A program made the position numbers and the translations under genes. The notes beneath the pieces were generated by a model that worked only from the letters and a program-made list of their open reading frames with translations, did no database searches and was not told the DNA's origin. From contig JAWKRI010000188.1 in NCBI GenBank assembly GCA_041389705.1, forward strand, positions 1 to 19,446: a DNA stretch of 19,446 bases. Direction: 5' to 3'. Below, piece by piece: positions 8,334-15,800 of the stretch. The stretch comes from Polyangiaceae bacterium. Lineage in GTDB: Bacteria; Myxococcota_A; Polyangia; Polyangiales; Polyangiaceae. Numbering within the stretch: the first letter of the stretch is position 1; every line of letters begins with the position of its first letter.

Positions 8334-8399
8334 GGAGGGGAGTGCGTGTGTGCTTTGTTTACTTTGTGTATCCGCGTTCTTGACAGGCTGGCGCTCACG

Positions 8400-9512
8400 T
8401 CAGCCCGGCGCGCGGCCGGAGGGGGCGGCCTCGCGGGCGTAACGGCCGAGCCGGATCACGTCGACGAGGATCTGGGAGCCGCTCGTGCGGACGTATTCCT
8501 CGAAGGCGCTGAGGGCGGGCGTCTTCTTCTTGCGCTGAAAGGCCGTGTCGACGGTCCAGACAGCGACCTCCTTCGACGCGGCGCCGAGGAGGGTCACCAC
8601 CTTCGCGCAGAGCTCGCCGTCGGCGGGCGAGGAGGAGGCGAGCTTGGCGACGCAGCTCGCGCCGAGGAAATAGATGAGCTCGGGATCGCGGGGCACGCTG
8701 GCCTTGCCGGCGGCGAGGGCTTCGAGCGAGGGGGCTTCAAGCGCGCGCCGGGCGAAGGCGGTGAACTCGGCGCCTGCGCGGTCGCCCACGGAGCCGGCGG
8801 CGACGGCGGGCCAGAGGTGCTCTCCGACGGCGTGGAGAGCGTCCGAGAGCATGTGCCAGGCGCGCGGCGTGGGGTACGCGGGGGTCGCGTCGGTCGGTGG
8901 GGGCTCGAAGAGGCGGTCGGGGCGGGCGCGGACGAAGGCGAGGACGAGGGCGTGGACTCCATGGTTGGCGCCCCACGCGAGGAAGGACTCCGCGTCCGGC
9001 GCGAGCGCGACATGGACCATGCGATTGGCGAGCGCGGTGGCCATGGGCCGGACGAGCGCGCGATCCTCGACGCGGTTCCCGGCGCCGACGACCCGCGAGC
9101 CTTCCGGCAGCACGTAGTCGCCGAGGCGTCGATCCAGGATGAGCGAGTAGAACGCCTTCTGCACGTCGGGGACGGCGCTGTTCAGCTCGTCGATGAAGAG
9201 GAGGAACGGATCGGCGCGGAGGATGGCTCGCGGGGGGCAGAACTCGGTGACGAAGGCGTCGCCGTGGGCGCGGATGCGGGGCACGCCGATGAGATCTTCT
9301 GGCGCGATCTGCGTGCCGAGGAGCGTCACGCAGGGCAGCTCCAGCAGATCGGCCGCCTCGCGCACGAGGGCGCTCTTTCCGATCCCGGGAGGTCCCCAGA
9401 TGAACGGGGTCCGCTCGGAAGGGAGCGACAGGAGCAGCTCCACGAGCTCGGTGGGCGTGAGCGACAGCATGAGGCCGGGCGTTATAGCAGCACGCTTGGA
9501 GCCCGTGGACAT
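8400..9512 (-). CDS. MoxR-like AAA+ ATPase (AAA_5; CbbQ/NorQ/GvpN-type)
   Basis: Walker A is 'GPPGIGKS' and Walker B is 'LLFIDELNSA'. Sensor and arginine-finger regions typical of MoxR-class ATPases follow ('YVLPEGSRVVGAGNRVEDRAL...ALANRMVHV'). The listed ORF extends to 9956, but residues upstream of the ATG at 9510-9512 (MSTGSKRAAITPGLMLSLTPTELVELLLSL) are a translation of the intergenic repeat element. A second candidate ATG is at 9470. Confidence 0.85.
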   Translation of the reverse strand: MSTGSKRAAITPGLMLSLTPTELVELLLSLPSERTPFIWGPPGIGKSALVREAADLLELPCVTLLGTQIAPEDLIGVPRIRAHGDAFVTEFCPPRAILRADPFLLFIDELNSAVPDVQKAFYSLILDRRLGDYVLPEGSRVVGAGNRVEDRALVRPMATALANRMVHVALAPDAESFLAWGANHGVHALVLAFVRARPDRLFEPPPTDATPAYPTPRAWHMLSDALHAVGEHLWPAVAAGSVGDRAGAEFTAFARRALEAPSLEALAAGKASVPRDPELIYFLGASCVAKLASSSPADGELCAKVVTLLGAASKEVAVWTVDTAFQRKKKTPALSAFEEYVRTSGSQILVDVIRLGRYAREAAPSGRAPG

Positions 9513-9514
9513 CC

Positions 9515-9640
9515 ACAACGTCGTGCGTAGCCCCGTGCCCGCCTTGGAAATAGCCCCCAGGTGGCGCGGCCCGCCGCCGAGCGGAAAGGCGAAGAGCGTG
9601 GCGTGGCATGCCTTGATCCGAGCCTTCCTTGCTACGCTCC
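9515..9640. repeat. Intergenic repeat element (about 115-125 bp family), single copy in inverted orientation relative to the 12.1-12.4 kb array; it fills the MoxR/HEAT divergent spacer
   Basis: The reverse complement of 9531-9612 reads 'ggcatgccacgccacgctcttcgcctttccgctcggcggcgggccgcgccacctgggggctatttccaaggcgggcacgggg'. This aligns with copy A at 12110-12200 ('ggcatggggcgccacgctcttcgctattccgctcggcggcgggccgcgccactggaaacgtccttccaaggcggggacggtg'). The flanks ('ggatcRaggcatg') are also shared. Confidence 0.8.
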
Positions 9641-9645
9641 GCCGC

Positions 9646-10626
9646 ATGGCTGCCCTGCGCTCCTTCGACGACAAGCACGCTCGGCTGCGCGAGCTCTCGG
9701 GGGAGACCCCGGAGCGGGCGCGGGCGGAGCTGCCGCGGTTCCTCGGCGACAAGAGCGGATTTCTGGTGGGGGAGGCGGCGGACATCGCGAAGCAACACGA
9801 GCTGCGGGGGCTGGGGCCCGAGCTCGTCGCGGCGTTCATGCGGCTGATCGCGGCGGAGCCGAAGGCGGACCCGGCGTGTACGGGCAAGTGCAGGATCGTG
9901 GAGGCGCTGCTCGCGATGGACCTGAATGAGCCGGACGTGTTCCTCGCGGGGCTCAAGCACGTGCAGATCGAGGGGGCCTATCCGCTGCCGGTGGACACGG
10001 CAGGTCCGCTGCGCGGGCTGTGCGCGCACGCGCTGATTCAGGTGCACCACCGGCAAGCGCTGCTGTCGGTGACTCCCCTGCTGTTCGATCCGGATCAGGT
10101 CACGCGGGCCGAGGCGGCGGCGGCGCTGGGGGACTCGGGGCAAGAGGGGGCGGCGGCCGTCCTCCACGCGAAGCTCCTCGGCGGAGAGGGCAAGGCGGAT
10201 GTGCTGGGGGCCATCTACAAGGCGCTTCTCCGGCTCTTTCCGGAGCGGTACCTGCCTGTCGTGAAAGAGGCATTGCTGGGGTCGGTCGAGGTCGACGGGG
10301 CGGTGGAGGCGGCGGCGCTTGCGCTGGGGGAGTCGCGGGTGGAAGGGGCGCTGTCGGCGCTGCGAGAGGGGGTGTCGATCCACTCGCGCGGGCGGGAAGC
10401 GGAGGCGGTCCTGCTCGGGATTGCCCTGCTCCGGACGGACGCCGCCAATGCGTGCTTGCTCGAACGCGTGGAGAGCGCGCCGGAGGCGGCTGCAGGAATG
10501 GCGCTGTCGGCGCTTGCGTTGCACAGGCACGACGCGGGGCTCGTGGCGCGGGCGCGGGCGGTCGTGCTGGCGCGCAAGTCGAAGAAGCTCGCGGCGCTGT
10601 TCGCGGAGAGGTTCGAGAGAGAGTGA
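9646..10626 (+). CDS. HEAT-repeat (PBS-lyase HEAT-like) protein
   Basis: The ATG is at 9646 (MAALRSFDDKHARLRELSG...). It contains repeated Ala/Leu-rich helical-pair units such as 'DQVTRAEAAAALGDSGQEGAAAVLHAKLLG' and 'AVEAAALALGESRVEGALSALREGV'. The stop codon TGA at 10624-10626 overlaps the next ATG (TGATG). The upstream 150 codons of the listed ORF 9193..10626 run through the repeat element and the antisense of MoxR. Confidence 0.7.
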   Translation: MAALRSFDDKHARLRELSGETPERARAELPRFLGDKSGFLVGEAADIAKQHELRGLGPELVAAFMRLIAAEPKADPACTGKCRIVEALLAMDLNEPDVFLAGLKHVQIEGAYPLPVDTAGPLRGLCAHALIQVHHRQALLSVTPLLFDPDQVTRAEAAAALGDSGQEGAAAVLHAKLLGGEGKADVLGAIYKALLRLFPERYLPVVKEALLGSVEVDGAVEAAALALGESRVEGALSALREGVSIHSRGREAEAVLLGIALLRTDAANACLLERVESAPEAAAGMALSALALHRHDAGLVARARAVVLARKSKKLAALFAERFERE

Positions 10627-11981
10627 TGGGCGGCGCGCGGAGAGAGATCCACAGCGCGAGGACGGCGCACGGCGGGGCCGGCCGGCGGGCTGCGCGTGGG
10701 TGGCAAGGCATGCTCGGCCTCGCCGGCGAGCTCTTTTGCGCTCTGCCGCGGAGGGCGTCGGCGCGGAAGTGGGCTCTGGGCATGGCCCACCTCGGGCTGG
10801 CGCTGTCTTCTTCAGCGTGCGACGGCCCCCAAAAAACGGCTCCTCTGGAGGAGACTGCCACTCTCGTGGGCGCGACACTGACCACCTCGGGCTCGGAGCC
10901 TGCTTCTTCCTCTTCTTCGTCCTCGGGCTCCACATCGGCGGCGAGCGCGGCGCCGGCGCCGGTGCGGGAGGCTGTCACGCTCATCGCGGGGGGGGACGTG
11001 TGCATGGGGCGCTCGATGGGGCAGGAGATCCTCAAGGACCCTTCTTACGGGGCGTTCGCCTCGATCGCGAGGGTGCTGTCAGCGGCGGATATCCGGTTCG
11101 TCAACCTGGAGAGCCAGCTCAGCGATCAGAAGGGAGAGACGCAGTCTCCCACGCAGAAGCTCGTGTTCACGGGGCCTCCGGGCGGGGCGGAGGCGCTCGC
11201 GCGCGGGGGGATCGACATCGTGTCTCTGGCCAACAATCACATGTGGGATTATGGGCAGTCGGCGTTCCTGGAGACGCTCGCGAACCTGGAGCGGGCGAAG
11301 GTCAAATACGCAGGGGCGGGGCGGACGCGGGAGCGGGCGTACGGGGCAGAGGTGGTGTCGGTGGAGGGGTTTCAGGTGGCATTTCTGGCGTTCACCGATA
11401 TCTGGAATCAGGGGGCGCTGAGCAGGCACCCGGCGAAGGAGCACGTGGCGGAGGCGCGGAGAGAGGCTGTCGTGGCGGCGATCCGGGGGGCGCGCGCGCT
11501 CGCGGGGGTCACGAAGGTGGTGGTCAGTTATCACGGAGGGGAGGAGTACGTGAACGCGCCTCTCCAGCGGGCGATTGACCTGCACAGGGCGGCGATCGAC
11601 GCGGGGGCAGACGCGGTGATCGGGCATCACCCGCACGTGGCGCAGGGGATCGAGATCTACAAGGGAAAGCCCATCTTCTACAGCCTGGGGAACTTCCTCA
11701 TGCGCACGCACGGGACGGAGACAGCGACCGAGATTGGCCTCCTCGCGCGGATCGAGCTGCGGCGGAGCGGGGGGCCGCGAGCGTGGGTGTGTCCCTTTCG
11801 CATCGCGGGGTATGTGCCGCGGACGATCCCGCTGGCGGGGGACGAGCGGAGAGAGCTTTACGAGCGGGTGGTGCGGCAGAGGCTGCGGGTGATTCAAGGG
11901 TCCATCGCGCGGCCGGCGGTCGTGGGGGACACCGGCGAGGACGGGTGCGCGGAGCTCTCTCCTCCTGTTCCGAAAAAATAG
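10626..11981 (+). CDS. CapA/PgsA-family (poly-gamma-glutamate capsule biosynthesis-like metallophosphatase) protein, probably a lipoprotein or secreted with a Ser-rich tether
   Basis: CapA-family signatures include 'VTLIAGGDVCMGRS', 'IRFVNLESQLS', 'IDIVSLANNHMWDYG', 'VSYHGGEEY' and 'GADAVIGHHPHVAQGIE'. A signal-peptide-like segment 'KWALGMAHLGLALSSSAC' has a Cys followed by an S-rich linker ('SGSEPASSSSSSSGSTSAASAAP'). The start is ambiguous among the ATGs at 10626 (coupled to the upstream stop), 10710 and 10782. Confidence 0.85.
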   Translation: MGGARREIHSARTAHGGAGRRAARGWQGMLGLAGELFCALPRRASARKWALGMAHLGLALSSSACDGPQKTAPLEETATLVGATLTTSGSEPASSSSSSSGSTSAASAAPAPVREAVTLIAGGDVCMGRSMGQEILKDPSYGAFASIARVLSAADIRFVNLESQLSDQKGETQSPTQKLVFTGPPGGAEALARGGIDIVSLANNHMWDYGQSAFLETLANLERAKVKYAGAGRTRERAYGAEVVSVEGFQVAFLAFTDIWNQGALSRHPAKEHVAEARREAVVAAIRGARALAGVTKVVVSYHGGEEYVNAPLQRAIDLHRAAIDAGADAVIGHHPHVAQGIEIYKGKPIFYSLGNFLMRTHGTETATEIGLLARIELRRSGGPRAWVCPFRIAGYVPRTIPLAGDERRELYERVVRQRLRVIQGSIARPAVVGDTGEDGCAELSPPVPKK

Positions 11982-12089
11982 AAAAACTCCGTGAAATTCT
12001 GCTGGGCAGGGGTCCGGCGGCGCTTCCACGCAAAGCGGGCCTCTCGACGGTCTCGCCGATCTCGCGTTTTCGTCTGGCTGCGTGCGCCA

Positions 12090-12430
12090 CGGAACACCTT
12101 GGATCGAGGCATGGGGCGCCACGCTCTTCGCTATTCCGCTCGGCGGCGGGCCGCGCCACTGGAAACGTCCTTCCAAGGCGGGGACGGTGCTTCGCAACAC
12201 GTGGTGGACGCATCTCAGAAGAGAGCGAGAGGCGATACGCTCTTCGCTATTCCGCTCGGCGGCGGGCCGCGCCACGGGAAGCGTCCTTCCAAGGCGGGGA
12301 CGGTGCTTCGCAATACGTGGTGGATGGATCCTCAGAAGAGAGCGGGAGGCGCCACGCTCTTCCGCGCCACGGGAAGCGTCCTTCCAAGGCGGGGACGGTG
12401 CTTCGCAACACGTGGTGGAGAGATCCACAG
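12090..12430. repeat. Three tandem copies (period 116-117 bp) of the intergenic repeat element; the third copy carries a 22-bp internal deletion
   Basis: The anchor 'cgctcttcgc' starts at 12122, 12238 and 12355. Each unit contains '...ccgctcggcggcgggccgcgccac(t/g)gg(a)aa(a/g)cgtccttccaaggcggggacggtgcttcgcaa(c/t)acgtggtgga' followed by the spacer 'tc(c)tcagaagagagcg(a/g)gaggcg'. The array abuts the capA stop (11981) and the REC stop (12435). Confidence 0.85.
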
Positions 12431-12434
12431 GCCA

Positions 12435-12800
12435 TCAGGCGCTGCGGAGGGCGGCTTCGAGGCGCTCGATGTCGGGGGGCTTGGCGAAGTGGCGATCGAA
12501 GCCGGCGGCGCGGGCACGCTCCACGTCCGAGGGCTGCGTGTAGCCCGTGAGGGCGATGAGGTGGATGGACCGGAGCTCGGGATCGGCGCGCATCCCGCGG
12601 GCGACCTCGTAGCCGTCCATCCCGGGGAGGCCGATGTCGCAGATCACGATCTCCGGGCGGCGATCGCGGGCGGCGCGAAGCCCGCTCGGGCCGTCGCGGG
12701 CGATGTCGACCTCGTGGCCCTCCATCTCCAGAAAATCGCGGAGGGCCTCGGCGCCGTCGGGGTTGTCGTCGATGATCAGGACGCGGCGGCCCTTGCCGGG
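12435..12800 (-). pseudogene. Receiver (REC) domain of the hybrid sensor kinase, out of frame with the upstream kinase body (apparent -1 frameshift in the Pro/Glu-rich linker); no independent start codon
   Basis: The frame open upstream of the listed ORF reads '...GASGAGASPGKGRRVLIIDDNPDGAEALRDFLEMEGHEVDIARDGPSGL...ICDIGLPGMDGYEV...LIALTGY...FAKP'. This is a complete CheY-like receiver with acidic pocket DD, phospho-acceptor D, T and K. No ATG, GTG or TTG lies between the upstream stop and 'RRVLIIDD'. The kinase frame stops at 12776-12778, inside the REC coding sequence. Confidence 0.7.
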
Positions 12801-15800
12801 AGAGGCCCCGGCTCCGGAGGCGCCTCGGGCTCGGGGGCCGGCTCGGCGAGCGGGAGGCAGACCTCGAGCTCGCTGCCTTGACCGAGACCCTCGCTGCGCG
12901 CGCGAACGGCGCCCCCGTGGAGATCCACGAGGCGGCGCACCAGCGAGAGGCCGAGGCCGAGGCCGCCCTTGTTGCGGTCCAGCGAGACGTCGGCCTGAAC
13001 GAAGGGCTGGAAGAGGCGCTCCACGGTCTCCCGCGCCATGCCGATGCCGTCGTCCGTCACGGAGAGGAGCGCGCTCGGGCTCGACCCGCAGGGCCCGAAG
13101 CCAGGGCCGCTGCGGACCGAAACCTCGGTCTTGCCGCCCTCGCGGGAGAACTTGACCGCGTTCTGGAGGAGGTTGCCCACCACCTGCGCGATGCGCGCGG
13201 GGTCCACCATCACGAGGACCGGCGACGGCGGCAGCGAGAGACGGAGCTCGACGCCGGCGCGCTCGAAGATGGTGCGGTGATCGTCGGTCGTGCGGCGCGC
13301 GATGGCGCAGAGATCAGCGCGCTCGCGCTGGAGACGGATGCGGTTCTCGGAGATGCGGGTGATGTCGAGGAGGTCGTCGACGAGGCGAGAGAGCTGCTCG
13401 ATCTGGCGGCGGATCACATCCAGTGCGCGGCTCGCCTGATCGGAGCCGGCGTCCACGCGCGCGAGGATCTGGAGGCTCGTGCGGATGGGGGCGAGCGGGT
13501 TCCGCAGCTCGTGCGAGAGGAGGGCGAGGAACTCGCTCTTTCGCCGATTGGCCTCCTGAGAGACCTCCTCGGCGGTGACGAGATCGTGGATGTCCGTGCT
13601 CGTGCCGATCCACTTGACGACGCGGGACTCGTCGTCACGGAGGGGGACCGCGCGGCTGCGGAACCAGCGGTAGGCGCCCTCGGCGCTCTGGAGGCGGAGC
13701 TTGAGGTCGATGGTGTCGCCGGAGGAGACGCCCTGCTTCCAGGCTTCCATCACGGCGGCGCGATCGTCGGGGTGCACCGTCTCCAGCCAGCCGAGGCCCA
13801 GGTTGCGCTCGGCAGGGACGCCCGTGTAGTCGATCCACTGGCGGCTCACGAAGTCCCTCGTTCCGTCGGGCGCGCAGGTCCACACGAGCTGAGGCATGGA
13901 GTCGAGCATCTCGCGGCTGCGGCGCTCGGCCTCGCGCGAGGCGCGCTCCCAGCGGTTGCGCTCGGTGATGTCCTGGAGGATGCCGCTGACCCCGTAGATG
14001 TTTCCGTCCGCGTCGTGGAGAGGGAAGCGGTAGGCGAGGAAGGTGTGCTCGCCGTCGGGGAGCGTGGCGAGATCCTCCAGGACGACGACGTCGCCGCAGT
14101 CGAGCACGCGCTGATCGTGCTCCATGTAGCGCTGCGCGCGGTCGGGCGGGAACACGTCGAACGAGGTCTTGCCGATGACCTCCTCCATCCGCTTGCCGGT
14201 GTGGGCGAGGAACTGCCGGTTGACCTTCACGAAGCGGCCCGACATGTCCTTGAGGAAGATGAGGAGCGGGCTCGCGTCGAGGATGTCCTTGAGGAGGTGC
14301 TCGCTCTCGCGCACCGCCGCCTCCGCGCGCTTGATGCGCGTCACGTCGGTGAAGGTCGCGACGGCTCCGGCGATGACGTCGTCGACGGTGCGGTAAGGCA
14401 GGACGCGCAGCATGAACCAGGCGTCGTCGGTGTGGACCTCCTTCTCGATGGGGATGAGGCTCGCGAGCACGCCCTTCACGTCGGCGATGAGATCGGTGCC
14501 GGCGAAGCGGGGCACGAGGTCCGCGAGGGGGCGGCCGACGTCGGTGTCGATGAGGCTGAAGAGCGAGGTCGCGGCGGGCGTGAAGCGCGTGACGGAGAGC
14601 TCGCGGTTGAGGAAGATGGTGGCGACGGACGTGCTCGCGAGCAGGTTCTGGAGATCGCTGTTCGTGACGCCGAGCTCCTTCACCATCGCGCGCAGCTCGG
14701 CGTTGACGGTCTCGAGCTCCTCGTTCACGGACTGGAGCTCTTCCTTGGAGGTCTGGAGCTCCTCGTTGGCGCTCTGGAGCTCCTCGTTGGTGCTCATGAG
14801 CTCCTCGTTCGAGCTCTTGAGCTCCTGGTTGGTGGACTCGAGCTCGCTGACGGCGGCCTGCAGGTCGGCGCGCGTGGTCGTCAGCTCGCTCTCCAGTTGG
14901 GCGATGAGCGGCTCGTGGGCGCTGAGGTCCTGGAGATCCGCCGTGAGCGCCGTGTCGGGCGCGTGCTCCTCCAGGACGAGCATGCGCAGGCCGGCCGCGG
15001 CGCCGCCCCCCGGCGCGGGGCGCACCGTGAGGCGGAGGTGCTGCACCGCCCCGCTGGCCGAGACGACGACGCGCGGCACGGTGACGGCCTGCGACGACTC
15101 CATCGAGTCCGCGAGCGCCGTGCGCAGCGCGTGCCGGAGCACCCCCTCGGCGTGGTCCAGAATATTGCCTGTATACACCCCGGCGCGCGGGGAGAGGTAG
15201 CGGGAGAAGGGGCCGGCGACGGCGAGGATCTCGGCGCGATCGTCGACCAGCGCGCAGGCGGGGGCGTACTCCTCCAGGATCGTCCGCTCGAACGCGACGG
15301 TCACGGCCTGCTTCGCGCTCCGACTGCCCAGCTCGGAGGCGACGTGGTGCACGCGCGGGGGCGCGGGGCGGTGCTGGATCTGGAAGTCGAAGCTCATGCG
15401 GCCGACCATCTCGCGGCGCTGGAAGATGCGGTGCACCTTGTCGATGGGCACGAACATCTCGCCCTGGCTCGCGGCGTCCTCCGAGGGGCCGAGGAACAGG
15501 TAGCCTCCCCGGCGGAGCGCGTAGTGGAAGAGGGGCATCACGCGGCGCTGCAAGGCGGCGTCGAAGTAGATGAGCACGTTGCGGCACGAGACGAGATCGA
15601 TCTGCGAAAAGGGCGGATCGCGGAGGAGGTTGTGCACCGAGAAGACGCACATCTCACGCAGCTCCTTGGCCACGTGGTAGGCGCCGTGCTGGTGGACGAA
15701 GAAGCGCTGGAGCCTCGCGGGCGACACGTCCTCCGCGATCGCCTCGCTGTAGCGCCCCGCCCGCGCCGTCTGGAGGGCGCCCGCGTCGATGTCGGTGGCG

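Noticed and set aside
9513-9956. Long N-terminal extension of the MoxR ORF (listed start 9956) and of the HEAT ORF (listed start 9193)
   Set aside because: The extensions run through the intergenic repeat element and into the antisense of the neighbouring gene. AAA+ and HEAT homology begins only after the internal ATGs at 9512 and 9646 respectively.
8737-10935. 732-aa minus-strand ORF and 522-aa plus-strand ORF (7962..9530) spanning the MoxR and HEAT genes
   Set aside because: They overlap two confidently assigned genes on both strands. The sequences are Arg/Pro-rich without domain signatures and are artefacts of low stop-codon frequency.
12090-12430. Possible CRISPR array (regular direct repeats)
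   Set aside because: The units are about 116 bp and directly abutting, with only a roughly 25-bp conserved connector that is itself repeated. There are no unique spacers and no cas genes nearby, and an inverted solo copy exists at 9515-9640. This is not CRISPR architecture.
11079-12550. ORFs 11079..12428 (-), 11783..12550 (+), 11991..12881 (+) and 12082..12543 (+) with repeated peptide motifs such as 'ATLFAIPLGGGPRHGKRPSKAGTVLRNTWW'
   Set aside because: The internal peptide repeats are simply translations of the tandem DNA repeat units. There are no starts with ribosome-binding sites and no protein-like composition. They are better explained as non-coding repeats.
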